This document shows, piece by piece, positions 28,314 through 38,442 of a DNA stretch of 64,000 nucleotides. The DNA lies in the NCBI GenBank assembly GCA_942492195.1, contig CALOEH010000107.1:4674-68673 (forward strand). Direction: 5' to 3'. This DNA comes from an uncultured Planctomycetia bacterium (GTDB taxonomy: Bacteria > Planctomycetota > Planctomycetia > Pirellulales > S012-138). The notes under the pieces were generated by a model, which did no database searches, was not told the origin of the DNA, and saw only the letters and a list, made by a program, of their open reading frames with translations. A program made the position numbers and the translations under genes. Position 1 is the stretch's first letter. Every line of letters starts with the position of its first letter.

Positions 28314-29255
28314 CTACGGTTGCTGAGGGGGCGCCGGTTCGTTCGGGACATCCGGGGGAAGCGCGAACTGGCCATCCGGATCAAAGACAGGCGGTTCTTG
28401 CGGGGGGCCATCTGTCAATCCGGGAATCGGAGGAACTTCCGGAACAAAGCTGCCGATCGCTCGCTGGAAAATACCTCCCAACGCGCCACCGATTCCTTTG
28501 CCTTTTCCACCAGCAGGAGGACCGGCGTTGGGATCCAAAGGAGGTTCGCCACCGACAGGGATGGCCGGTTTGACTTCTGGAGGTTCACCGGCAGGCTGGC
28601 CTGGATTCAGCGGATCATTGGGTCCGGTGGCGGGCTCACCAACCGGCGGTGCTGGCTCCGTGGGCGTGACTTCTGGCGGTTCGCCAACAGGTTTGCTCAG
28701 TGGGTTGTCAGGGTTTGCGGTGGGAGGTGTGACTTCTGGCGGAACTTCGCCACTGGGCTGAAACACCGATTCGCCCGGCTCGACCGGAGTGGTCACGTTG
28801 GGTCGGGCGTTCTCAATCTGCTCATAACGTTGGCGCTGCCGCTCGGCAGCTTCGCGCTCCACGATGGCCACCGCCATGGTGCGATGCCGCTCGATCGAGA
28901 GTCTGGCCACACCTTGCAGGCGTTCCAAAGAACGGTCAATCGGATAGATACTGCCGGCAGCCATCGCCTCCATTCTGGCACCCACGGCAAAGTCCGCGTC
29001 CGCTGCCTGGCGACGTCCCAAATTGAGCAACGTCATGCCACGGTAATAGAAGACGCGAGGATCGTCCGTTTCGTTCGAAATCGCGGTTGAAAACAGATCG
29101 TAGGCTTCCGTCATGCTGCCTGAAAAATAGGCATGCACGCCGGCCCCAAACAACTGCTTGTTGACATCTTGCCCCTGTCCCATGGATGGCTGGCCAGGAG
29201 AAAGAAAGTTCCCCAGCCCAATCAAAGCAACGGCGAGGAATTGAATACGGGACAT
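28314..29255 (-). CDS. secreted protein with a TPR-like N-domain and a proline-rich C-terminus
   Basis: AGGAGA lies 7 nt before ATG 29255. Signal peptide MSRIQFLAVALIGLGNFLS. The C-terminal part has GEPPEV-type Pro-rich repeats. Confidence 0.6.
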   Translation of the reverse strand: MSRIQFLAVALIGLGNFLSPGQPSMGQGQDVNKQLFGAGVHAYFSGSMTEAYDLFSTAISNETDDPRVFYYRGMTLLNLGRRQAADADFAVGARMEAMAAGSIYPIDRSLERLQGVARLSIERHRTMAVAIVEREAAERQRQRYEQIENARPNVTTPVEPGESVFQPSGEVPPEVTPPTANPDNPLSKPVGEPPEVTPTEPAPPVGEPATGPNDPLNPGQPAGEPPEVKPAIPVGGEPPLDPNAGPPAGGKGKGIGGALGGIFQRAIGSFVPEVPPIPGLTDGPPQEPPVFDPDGQFALPPDVPNEPAPPQQP

Positions 29256-29529
29256 AGCAACGTCTCCTAGACGAGTTGCGACCGCGGAATGGTAAATCAG
29301 CAATCAACGTGATCCGCTGCGGGAAATGTAAAGAGAGAGGGCTCGGCGGTCAGGCGACGCGCGACCGGGAAGCGGATCATTTTCCCCGGCAAACTCTCTC
29401 CAAACCCATCCGCCGATCCTACTCTCCCCCCGAAACCTTTGCAAGTTTGCCGAATCGTCAGAAACCCTAACTCGTGCCAACTTGGGTACGATTACGCGGG
29501 TCGTGCAGCACAGGGGATCCGGTGGCCGT

Positions 29530-30066
29530 TCACTGATCGCTGGAGTCGGGGCCATCCGCCCAAATCCCACGGCGCGCAGCGCGTGCTTCGTCCTGCGCGG
29601 CCAGCAGCGTGCGTTTGAAGGAACTCGCGAAGTTGTAATGCGGTTTCGCTTTGGCCAGCCCGGCCCTGACGAGCTCCTCGTTGAGCGAGACATCCCCTCG
29701 ATTCACATAAGCTAGATGCCGGCCGAAACGGTCGATTCGTTCCTGGTCGAATCGCAGCCGAATCTCCCCTTTCGCCACAAAATCCTTGGTGAACTGCGTC
29801 GCTTCGTCCGCGAATGGTTCGGGGCCGGTACCACGCAGAGAGTGCTTGGTTTCCGGACAATCAATTCCCAGCAATCTCACCTTCGCCTGATTCTTCAGCA
29901 CGAAGGTATCGCCATCGATCACGTACTCAATTTCGACGGGGCCTTCGTCCAGGCTTTCTGGCTCGGTTTGTTGCGAAGTTTGCCAACCGCGATACGCCCC
30001 CACAATCAGCATCAGTAGCACTGCTGCCAGGGGAAGCTTACGGCGTGAACGCCAAGGAGATGCCAT
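29530..30066 (-). CDS. thermonuclease (SNase) family protein
   Basis: VIDGDTFVLKNQAKVRLLGIDCPET and the following SNase-type core. Signal/TM segment after ATG 30066. Confidence 0.8.
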   Translation of the reverse strand: MASPWRSRRKLPLAAVLLMLIVGAYRGWQTSQQTEPESLDEGPVEIEYVIDGDTFVLKNQAKVRLLGIDCPETKHSLRGTGPEPFADEATQFTKDFVAKGEIRLRFDQERIDRFGRHLAYVNRGDVSLNEELVRAGLAKAKPHYNFASSFKRTLLAAQDEARAARRGIWADGPDSSDQ

Positions 30067-30159
30067 GCGATAGATCCGATTCCTGCGGCCACACTCCCAG
30101 CCAACTGCCTTGGGAGGTAGGGACGCCTTATGAGTGAGAGAGACTTTGTGCAATCGTAG

Positions 30160-30200
30160 CCCGATGCGTCAGCGAGGAAACCCAGGCGGCGACATTCCTG
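30160..30200 (+). repeat. partial, diverged family-2 repeat
   Basis: CCCGATGCGTCAGCGAGGAA matches CCCGAAGCGTCAGCGAGGAA of copies A and B; the downstream part has diverged. Confidence 0.4.
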
Positions 30201-30271
30201 GTGTTCTCTCGCTCATACTTCGGGTTGTGATCGGTCCGGCGTTCACCGGTTACTTATCTCGCTTTATCGCT

Positions 30272-31791
30272 TTAAAGCCCGTACAGCGGTGTGAGCTTAC
30301 CACGCAGGTATCGCAGCAGCGGTTTGTGCGAAAGGGGTTTGCCGGTCACACGCTGCACGAGTTCTGCGGCCGGATAGCGACGCCCTGGCCGGTGGATATG
30401 CTCGCGAAGCCAACCGAGCAAGGGTGCAAAACTTCCCTGGGCAAACTGCGCGGCCAGGTCTCCCAGGTCGGCTTCGGCTTGCTCGAAGAACTGTGCCGCG
30501 TAGAGATTGCCTAACGAATACGTGGCGAAGTAACCAATCGCGCCGCCGCTCCAGTGGATGTCCTGCATCACGCCGTCGGCATCGTTGGGAGCCCTGATTC
30601 CCAAATAGCTTTCGTACTTCGCATGCCAGGCTTCAGGAAGATCCGCCACTGCGAGATTGCCGGAGATCAACTCCTGTTCCAGTTCGAAACGGATCAGAAT
30701 ATGGAGGTTGTACGTGGCCTCATCCGCTTCGATCCTGATCAACGAGGGCTCCACGTTGTTCGCGGCAAAGTAGAAGTCGTCCAGCGAGACTTGGGAAAAC
30801 GCCCCCGGCATCGCCTGTTGCAACTGAGGGTAGAAGTGCTGCCAGAACGCGCGGCTGCGTCCGACCATGTTCTCCCACATCCGCGATTGTGACTCGTGGA
30901 TCCCCAGCGAAACGGCATCGCCTAGAGGGAGTCGAACTGATCGTCGCGGAGGCCTTGCTCGTACATCCCATGCCCTGCTTCGTGCAGGATGCTAAACAGC
31001 GCGCTGCCAAAGTACTCTTCGAAGTATCTGGTGGTGATTCGACAATCGCGAGGGCCCATGGTCGAACAGAACGGATGATCGGTAGTATCGAGACGTCCCC
31101 GCTGGAAATCGAACCCAATGGCACTGGCCACTTGCCGACCGAAACGATCCTGGTCGGCGGCCGCAAACTCGCCACGCATGGCGTTCACAGGGCACTGCTT
31201 GCCGCTGGCGGTTACCTCTTCCACCAACGGAACAAGATCCGCGCGAAGACCTTCGAGAACACGGGCCACGTTGGACGTGAGTTCGCCCGGTTCATAATCG
31301 TCCAGCAGCGCGTCGTAAGGAGACTCGTCGTAGCCCAGAGCCTCGGCTTCTTGACGTTTGAGCTCCACCAGATGTTCGAGCTTGGGCTGGAAAGCCGCGA
31401 AGTCATCGTTGCGTCGAGCGGCGGCCCAGGTGTGTTGGCCAATGACGCTCGCCCTGGTCAGCTCTTCGACCAAAGACTTGGGAAGCTTGTTCTTCTTGTC
31501 GAAATCTCGCTTGAGCTCACGGACATTGGCCGCCGCTTCAGAATCCGGATCTTCTGCCAAGGTGCAGTCTGCCAGTTCCGCCAGCTTCTCACCATAGGCG
31601 GAGTCGGTGCGGCGGTCGTGGAGCAAACCCGTTAGCGCCGTGATTTGTTCGGCCCGATACTCCGCAGCCTGCGGGGGGAGCAATGTCCGTTCGTCCCAGT
31701 GAAGAAGCGACTCGATCGAAGCGAATACGGCGTTTTGGCGAGCGTGTTCGCAAACTTGGTCCAGAAGTTGCTTAATACGGTCCATCAACAA
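30272..31791 (-). pseudogene. M32 carboxypeptidase (Taq-like), single frameshift near 30925-30935
   Basis: ORF 30922-31791 ends ...HEAGHGMYEQGLRDDQFDSL*. My translation of the adjacent frame gives LPLGDAVSLGIHESQSRMWENMVGRS, continuing into ORF 30272-30880. The family HEXXH and HESQS motifs therefore fall on either side of the frame break. Confidence 0.85.
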
Positions 31792-31968
31792 GTTCTCTCG
31801 ACTACGATGGTTTCTTCAACGTCAACCCAGGTGAGGTGAATAGTGAGCAAGTTACCCCTTCCCGTTCCATTCGGCAACTGTTGTAAGTACAGTCGCTGTA
31901 ATATGTAGCGACCAGCAATGCCTGATCGGCCCTGGCAGCCAGGGCAGCCCCGTTCCGTTGAAATTTCG

Positions 31969-31997
31969 TTGACACGTTTTAGCAGGATGTTTACACT
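31969..31997 (+). promoter_or_regulatory. sigma-70-like promoter candidate (TTGACA, 17 nt, TACACT)
   Basis: The -35 box is at 31969-31974 and the -10 box at 31992-31997, about 230 nt upstream of ATG 32226. Confidence 0.3.
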
Positions 31998-32225
31998 CGA
32001 CTTAAGTGCCTATCAGCACAACATCTTACGGTTGACTTTCTGCAACACGTGCACTTTCCGAAGCTGTTCTTTCGCCACATTCGTGGTGAGGGGTGGCATC
32101 GTGGCTTCACAATTCGCGAGTTCCATTCACCCACTCTTTTCAGCGTTTCTTCAAAAGATCTTTTCTGATGCGTGCCGTTGCGGTGTGCATCACTTCAGTG
32201 TGTTTTCATTGTGGGAACAGAGAAC

Positions 32226-33644
32226 ATGGCAAAGTCTGAAAGCCAAGGCCTCCAAATTGCGGTGATCATTTTTGCGCTGCTCACCATCATGTTGAGTGGA
32301 GCGACCTTCTACTTTTTCAAAGAATCGAGCGATGCCTCGATCAAAGCCGTCGAGGCGGATGCCGCCCGCGGTCAGGCAGATCGGGCACTGCGTGACATCG
32401 TGGTGGCCATCGAACGCCTGAAGACCATCATCGGGGTCGATCCCCAGATGGCGGACGACAAGATTGAGGAAGTGTATACGCAAGACAAGCAGGTGTTTAT
32501 GAACACCTTCCCGGACGACAAGCAGACCTATCGTGCTGCGTTAGCATTCTTGATCGAATCGCTCAATCAGTCCAAAGACGAAGTGCTCAAAGAACGGGTG
32601 CAGTTGGTCGCGCTTGAGAAACGGATTGACGAGCTGGAAGCCGCGGACATTGAACGCAACAAGATCCACGCCGCCGCGGCTGCCAAAGCCGCCCAAGATC
32701 TCAATAACGAAAAGGCCAAGTTCACCGAGCAACTCACGGCAGTCACGGGTGAGAAAAATGCCTTGACCGGTGATCTTCGCAAAGTACGAGATGATTTGGC
32801 AGCGTCCGAACAAGCACACGTGGCTGAGGTCCAGCAGATCCAGCAAGAGGTGCAATCTTCGAAGAATCAGAACGAGCTCCTGAAAGCCAAGATCGACGCT
32901 GTGGAACAAACCACCTTCGAAGTGGCTGACGGAACCATCCGTGCCGTCAACCAACGAAAAGGGACCGTCTGGATCGACCTGGGTCATGCAGACGGGCTGA
33001 TGAAGCAGGTCAGCTTCAGCGTCGTGGATTCGAAGGCCACGAGCGTCACGAACGATACCCGCAAAGCTGCGATCGAAGTCGTGGATATCCTGGGTGCCCA
33101 TCTGTCAGAAGCCAAGATCTTGGAAGACGAACTCACCGACCCCATCTTGCCGGGTGACAAAATCTTTACCCCGCTCTGGCATCCTGGCCGTCGTGAACAC
33201 TTTGCCTTGGCAGGGTTCATGGATATTGACAACGACGAAGTGGATGACCGGCAGAAGATTATCGACATGATCGGCATCAACGGCGGCGTCGTGGATGCTG
33301 AACTGACTCCCACAGGCGAACTCGTTGGGCAAATGAACATTGACACCCGTTACATTGTTGTTGGCGATGAGCCCACCGACTTTGCCGAAAAGTACGGAAA
33401 GATGCGAGGCGAGGCCTTGGACCTGGGAGTCGAAGTCTTGACACTCGACAAATTCCTGGACCATGTTGGCTTCACCGGCGTTACCAGGGTTGTCCCGTTC
33501 GGCCGTCGTTCTCGCCCCGAAGACTTCATGAATGTCCCGCGTGAGGAAGGGTCTCGCGTTCGTCAGGCACCCGGCGGTGCCACCAGCGGCGCGTTCCGCA
33601 AACGGACCCCACCGGGCCGCGGCACCAAAGGTTCTGGCTACTGA
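32226..33644 (+). CDS. membrane-anchored coiled-coil protein
   Basis: The ORF starts at 32172, but ATG 32226 gives MAKSESQGLQIAVIIFALLTIMLSGATFYFF (TM segment). A long heptad-like region rich in E, K, Q, A and L follows. Confidence 0.65.
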   Translation: MAKSESQGLQIAVIIFALLTIMLSGATFYFFKESSDASIKAVEADAARGQADRALRDIVVAIERLKTIIGVDPQMADDKIEEVYTQDKQVFMNTFPDDKQTYRAALAFLIESLNQSKDEVLKERVQLVALEKRIDELEAADIERNKIHAAAAAKAAQDLNNEKAKFTEQLTAVTGEKNALTGDLRKVRDDLAASEQAHVAEVQQIQQEVQSSKNQNELLKAKIDAVEQTTFEVADGTIRAVNQRKGTVWIDLGHADGLMKQVSFSVVDSKATSVTNDTRKAAIEVVDILGAHLSEAKILEDELTDPILPGDKIFTPLWHPGRREHFALAGFMDIDNDEVDDRQKIIDMIGINGGVVDAELTPTGELVGQMNIDTRYIVVGDEPTDFAEKYGKMRGEALDLGVEVLTLDKFLDHVGFTGVTRVVPFGRRSRPEDFMNVPREEGSRVRQAPGGATSGAFRKRTPPGRGTKGSGY

Positions 33645-33700
33645 TTTCGACCCCAGGTGCAAGCGTCGAAGGCACCAGGCTACCGTTGATAACATCAAGA

Positions 33701-33742
33701 AATGGGTTCGCGTTCTTGAGGCGCGAACCCATTTCTATTTGC
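33701..33742 (+). terminator. rho-independent terminator candidate
   Basis: A 12-bp stem AATGGGTTCGCG (33701-33712) pairs with CGCGAACCCATT (33722-33733). The loop is 9 nt, followed by TCTATTTG. It lies 57 nt after the stop at 33644. Confidence 0.6.
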
Positions 33743-34017
33743 GAACCTGGTGAGCCCCTCGCAGTCGCCAGTCATGGTCCTCGCACCGGTGACACGATGT
33801 GACCTGACGATGTGACCCGATGCCGCGGCGACAGGATCTTGCCGCCGTGGGCAACGAGCACGGTTCCAACTCGCATCTGAGAAATCATTGGCCAACTTGG
33901 ATGGGTGTCGGATATACTGCCGGCTACTTGGAATTGGTTGCCGAGGTGCCGCCCACCAGAGACCAAAGGGGGATGCGGCACAATTCTTGTGTGGGTACGC
34001 ATACGAGGTTTCTCAGT

Positions 34018-34308
34018 ATGGATCAGGTTTTCGAAGGCACGCCTGAAGCGACGATCGAACTCGCAGGGCGCAAAGTCACGCGCAGCGAGGTCACTGGCGA
34101 CTGGGGGTCGCGTCTGCAGTGGGAAGTTCGCCACAATGGCGAGGTGATCGCCACCCCAGCGGCCAGAGCAGAAGTTGCGTACGAACATCCCGAGCCCAAG
34201 CCTGGTAAGTACGAGATCGTACTCCAGATGTGGAAGTACGAAGGCTACAAGAGTGGCAGCCAAGGCCAGTACATTCCGATTTCCAACTCGGTGACGTACA
34301 CGGTTTAG
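34018..34308 (+). CDS. small hypothetical protein
   Basis: ORF 33820-34308; the internal ATG 34018 gives MDQVFEGTPEATIELAGRKV... Confidence 0.4.
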   Translation: MDQVFEGTPEATIELAGRKVTRSEVTGDWGSRLQWEVRHNGEVIATPAARAEVAYEHPEPKPGKYEIVLQMWKYEGYKSGSQGQYIPISNSVTYTV

Positions 34309-34321
34309 TGGAATGCAGCTT

Positions 34322-34407
34322 GGTAGAACGGTGGTCCCAACGGTTCATCTGCCGAGGCACCCGTAACGTTTTTCTTGGTTCGTGAACAGTTGGGACAATT
34401 GTTCTAC
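34322..34407. repeat. family-1 repeat, full inverted dimer
   Basis: Arms are GGTAGAACGGTGGTCCCAACGGTTCA (34322-34347) and TGAACAGTTGGGACAATTGTTCTAC (34383-34407). The spacer TCTGCCGAGGCACCCGTAACGTTTTTCTTGGTTCG resembles the 15755-15789 spacer. Confidence 0.8.
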
Positions 34408-34453
34408 ACTAACCGGTCAAGGCCGCATCGACCCAGACCATGGAGAACAGCCC

Positions 34454-35830
34454 ATGTTGCATGTTGGCAACGAGCGCGTCCCGGTGTGCAGTGGAGTTTC
34501 GCGACGGAGTTTCTTGCAGGCAGGTGCCGCAGGAATGGCGGGGCTCTCCCTTCCCAACCTGTTGCGTCTGGAAGCCGCGGGTGCGATCGACGAGAGCCAG
34601 GCTAAGATCCGCAACTGCATCACGATCCTGCTCGTTGGCTCGCCAGGGCATGTGGATACCTGGGACATGAAGCCGGACGCTCCGGACGAGATTCGCGGCA
34701 AGTTCCGCCCCATTTCGACCAATGTCTCAGGCGTTGATATCTGCGAGCACTTCCCGATGATGGCCAAGATGATGGATCGCGTGGCGCTGATCCGCAGCCT
34801 GCACCATGAGGCTGGTCCGACGCATGGACACGGCCAACGCTGGATGATGACCGGCCATGAGTTCACGGCCAACAACTTGAAACCGCACACCGGTTCGGTG
34901 ATTGCCAAAGTCTTTGGACCTCGCGGAGCGCTGCCTGCCTCGGTAATTCTCCCTGGCCCTATTGGCAATACCGGAGGGCCGGTCCTCAGTGGGCAGTTTG
35001 CCGCACACTTGGGAAGTGCCTACGAACCGTTCTTCCTGGGTGCCGATCCCGCGCGGAGCGATTTCAAAGTGGCAGACCTCACCGCGCCCAAAGGCCAGAC
35101 GGAGTTTCGCATCAACGCCCGGCGTGACCTGTTGGCCCAACTGGATGACCTGCAGAAGACCAACGAAGCTGCCGCCGCGGAACAATACGATACGGCCTAC
35201 CAGCGGGCGTTCGACCTGTTGACCTCGCCCAAGTCCAAGCAGGCGTTCGAGATGGACCTGGAGCCAGACAATTTGCGTGACCGGTACGGCCGGAACACGT
35301 TTGGCCAGAGCTGTCTGATGGCTCGCCGGTTGCTTGAGAACGGCACGCGCTGCGTAACCATCAACCACTTCGACACAGTGTTCAACATTGCCTGTTGGGA
35401 CATGCACGCCAACGGCGGCAGTTTGAACAATACCTATGCCGACTACGAGCGGCAGCTCTGCCCTCAGTTTGACCAGGGATTTACCGCGCTGATTGCTGAT
35501 CTGGAAGATCGCGGCATGCTCGAAGATACGGTAGTTGCAGTGGTTAGCGAGATGGGGCGAACGCCCAAACTGAACAAGAACGGCGGCCGCGACCATTATC
35601 CGCCGGCCTGGACCAACTTTCTATGCGGTGGTCCGATCCGCGGCGGACAGGTGATTGGATCGACCGACAAGATTGGCGCGGCCCCCCATGATCGGCCCGT
35701 TTCTCCACCTGAGGTGGTGGCCTCGGTCTATTCGGCCATGGGCATCGATCTCGAAACGACCATGATGCCAGGCCCCGGCGGGCGGCCGATTCGCCTGATC
35801 GAAGCCGAACCGATTCCAGAACTCTTTTGA
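34454..35830 (+). CDS. DUF1501 domain protein (sulfatase-fold, Tat signal)
   Basis: SRRSFLQAGAAGMAGLSLPNLL, then GHVDTWDMKPDAP, CWDMHANG and GRDHYP, as I remember the DUF1501 family. Confidence 0.85.
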   Translation: MLHVGNERVPVCSGVSRRSFLQAGAAGMAGLSLPNLLRLEAAGAIDESQAKIRNCITILLVGSPGHVDTWDMKPDAPDEIRGKFRPISTNVSGVDICEHFPMMAKMMDRVALIRSLHHEAGPTHGHGQRWMMTGHEFTANNLKPHTGSVIAKVFGPRGALPASVILPGPIGNTGGPVLSGQFAAHLGSAYEPFFLGADPARSDFKVADLTAPKGQTEFRINARRDLLAQLDDLQKTNEAAAAEQYDTAYQRAFDLLTSPKSKQAFEMDLEPDNLRDRYGRNTFGQSCLMARRLLENGTRCVTINHFDTVFNIACWDMHANGGSLNNTYADYERQLCPQFDQGFTALIADLEDRGMLEDTVVAVVSEMGRTPKLNKNGGRDHYPPAWTNFLCGGPIRGGQVIGSTDKIGAAPHDRPVSPPEVVASVYSAMGIDLETTMMPGPGGRPIRLIEAEPIPELF

Positions 35831-35972
35831 ATTTTGCCTACCGAGCCTCTAAGGTGGATGTTGGGTTGGTTGTGACTGTGCCAGCTTGGCCAGGTTCTCA
35901 ACAGACCACTTCGTCCAGCTTCCCTCCATTCGTACACCTTCCTGCCGCGCCTTCGCTGTGCGGTGTATTGCC

Positions 35973-38357
35973 ATGCCATACCGTTTGCCATCGGGCTGCA
36001 CTGGATCATCGCTGTTGCTGAGAGGGGTCGCCCTCGTCTGCGGGTTCGCCTGTTGGGTAGCCTCCGCGCCTGCCGCACGTGCCGCCGAACCAACCGTCAC
36101 AGCGATCATGCCGCTAGGGCTGGAGATCGGAGCCACGACCACACTCACCATCTCTGGCACAGGCTTGAGCCAAAACCCGCAACTGTTGCTTTCGGTTCCG
36201 ATTGCGAAGCAGCAGGTGCAGGAGGGAAGCAACGATCGGCAGCTGAAGATTGATATCACCCTGGCCAACGAGGCTCAGGCGGGTTACGCCAACCTGTGGG
36301 TGGTCACGGACGAAGGGACGTCGGCCCTCAACGTGATCCCGCTTGACGGCCTCCCCGACATGGCTTGGGCAGACGTTACCGAAAAACTCCCGGTCGCCTA
36401 CACGGCCAGACTCACTGGCAGCAACCGACTCACGACCACAATCGCCGGCAAGAAGGGGCAACTCCTGCAGATTGAAGTCGAATCGCAACGCCTGGGTGGC
36501 GCGGTCCGCCCGGTGGTGCATCTCTTCGACGCCCAGCATTTGCAGCTGGCGTACGTCATGCCGTCGGTGATTCTCAAGGGGGATTGTCGGCTCCAGAAGG
36601 AGTTGCCTGCGGACGGCCAATACACCATCGAAATTCATGACGCTCAATACGCCGCTGGTGGCACGGTTCCGGTCCGGGTCAAGATCGGCAGTTGGGACTA
36701 TGCAGACCAGGTCTTTCCTCCGGCGGTGTCGGCCAAGTCAGGTGGTCAAGTCGAACTCGTAGGGCATGGCACATCGGGTCCCCTCAAAGTTTCCCCGTCG
36801 GACAAAGGGATTGAAGCGTTGAACTGGCCCGCCAAGAGTGTGTCCAGCGGTCCGCGTCCTTGGGTGCGTGTTTCGCAACTGGACGAAGTGGTTGAAGCCC
36901 GCGAGCAGGATCAGCCGCAAACGTTAGGTTCCGTGCCGATTGGCGTGAGCGGCCGGATTGCCACACCGGGCCAGCGTGACGTGTACGTTCTGAATGTGAA
37001 GCAGGGAGACGAACTCAACCTGGAGGTCTTTGCTGACCGCTGGGGTTCGCCGTTGGATGCGGTGTTGGAAGTTCAAACGCCTGAGGGACGTACGCTCGGC
37101 AAAGCAGACGATGCCGCCGGCACGACCGACCCCACCTTGGTGTACAAGGTGCCTGCCAAAGTGGAGCAGGTGCATGTGGTCATTCGAGACCTGTACGACC
37201 GCGGAAGTGCCGACTGCATTTACCGATTGGCAATCACTTCCTCGGCCAAAGCGAAAGCAGAATCGCAAACTGGTGGTGCATGGAAACTCTCCGTACCTTC
37301 GGCACATGTGACTATTCCAAGTGGAGGGCATGCCGTGTTCCCGGTGACCTTGGAACGAACCGGCATGGACGAACCCCTCCCGCTGACGCTGGCCGCTGGC
37401 GGCTTGAAGTTGGACGTCCCGGCCACGAAGGTTCCGACCGGTTCAACCGGCGCGCTGCTGGAGATCCATGCACCGGCAGGAGTTTCGCAAGCAGCGGTGA
37501 TCAAGGTGCATGGTGCTCATGCCAATCGGCAACAGACCGCCGCCTATGCGGACCACGCGACGGGTGCCCTTCAACCTTGGTTGGCCGAAGAGATCGCGGT
37601 AGCCACGGGGCCGGCTTCCACGCTCTCGGTGAATTGGAAACAGTCCCCCCAAGACGCCGCCCTGGTGCTCGCAGACAAGGTCAGCCTGGAGGTTGATTGG
37701 AAGTTGCCCAAGATGCCGGCCGAAGAGGGAAAAGAGCCTCCCAAACCTGGTCCGGTGCAACTGCACTTCATCACCGCTCAAAAGATCCCCGAGGTCAACG
37801 GCCGCGCTGACGTGAATCAATCAATACGCATCGAGAAAGCGGTGGAAGTGCCGGCCGACAAGGGGACTGGGGCCATCTCGGTGTTGATTCCCAATACCTT
37901 GGTCGGGGAAGCGTACGATGTGGCCATCGAGGCTCGTCTGATGAGCGCCGACAAAAAACAGGTGCTGGCCTCGGCAACCACTCCGGTTCGCCGGATTGCC
38001 ACCAAGAACCCGTTGCAATTGCAGTTGGCGGACGCCACGGCGCTGACCATTGAGCCAGGCAAAGAAATCGAAATTGCTGGACAGGTGGAGCGTCACGAGA
38101 GCCACAAAGGCCAGGTAACGATAACGCTCAAGGACCTGCCTGCCGGTTTTGTTGCCGCGGCGGTTGTGGTGAAGCCTGAGGAGCAGAAATTCGTGGTCAA
38201 GCTAAAGGCTCCCGCCACGGCCAAGCCTGGCGATCCGGTTACCTTGAATCTTTCCGGCATCGGCCCCCCGAATCCCAAGGCAGCCAACGTGCAAGTGACC
38301 AGCCCTTCGGTCCCGGTCCAATTGCAGGTGGTAGCCCCGCCCGAAAACAACAGCTAG
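35973..38357 (+). CDS. large secreted protein with PPC (pre-peptidase C-terminal)-like domains
   Basis: Signal-like start MPYRLPSGCTGSSLLLRGVALVCGFACWVASAPAARA. Segments such as GRIATPGQRDVYVLNVKQGDELNLEVFADRWGSPLDAVLEV resemble PPC domains. Confidence 0.6.
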   Translation: MPYRLPSGCTGSSLLLRGVALVCGFACWVASAPAARAAEPTVTAIMPLGLEIGATTTLTISGTGLSQNPQLLLSVPIAKQQVQEGSNDRQLKIDITLANEAQAGYANLWVVTDEGTSALNVIPLDGLPDMAWADVTEKLPVAYTARLTGSNRLTTTIAGKKGQLLQIEVESQRLGGAVRPVVHLFDAQHLQLAYVMPSVILKGDCRLQKELPADGQYTIEIHDAQYAAGGTVPVRVKIGSWDYADQVFPPAVSAKSGGQVELVGHGTSGPLKVSPSDKGIEALNWPAKSVSSGPRPWVRVSQLDEVVEAREQDQPQTLGSVPIGVSGRIATPGQRDVYVLNVKQGDELNLEVFADRWGSPLDAVLEVQTPEGRTLGKADDAAGTTDPTLVYKVPAKVEQVHVVIRDLYDRGSADCIYRLAITSSAKAKAESQTGGAWKLSVPSAHVTIPSGGHAVFPVTLERTGMDEPLPLTLAAGGLKLDVPATKVPTGSTGALLEIHAPAGVSQAAVIKVHGAHANRQQTAAYADHATGALQPWLAEEIAVATGPASTLSVNWKQSPQDAALVLADKVSLEVDWKLPKMPAEEGKEPPKPGPVQLHFITAQKIPEVNGRADVNQSIRIEKAVEVPADKGTGAISVLIPNTLVGEAYDVAIEARLMSADKKQVLASATTPVRRIATKNPLQLQLADATALTIEPGKEIEIAGQVERHESHKGQVTITLKDLPAGFVAAAVVVKPEEQKFVVKLKAPATAKPGDPVTLNLSGIGPPNPKAANVQVTSPSVPVQLQVVAPPENNS

Positions 38358-38442
38358 CTCGGCACCCGGCCAGGCTTGCTCGCATGGCTGTCCGCACCAA
38401 CTTGACGCTGATGGTTCGAGCTCTTCCCGCAAAGGTTTAATC

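Noticed and set aside
33794-33817. 11-bp direct repeat ACGATGTGACC twice (period 13) about 200 nt upstream of the small ORF at 34018
   Set aside because: It is a single occurrence with no partner elsewhere in the window, so it cannot be interpreted.
33772-34263. 163-aa minus-strand ORF opposite the small ORF at 34018-34308
   Set aside because: It has an Arg/Pro-rich low-complexity composition. The plus-strand reading gives a more protein-like sequence, although neither is strongly supported.
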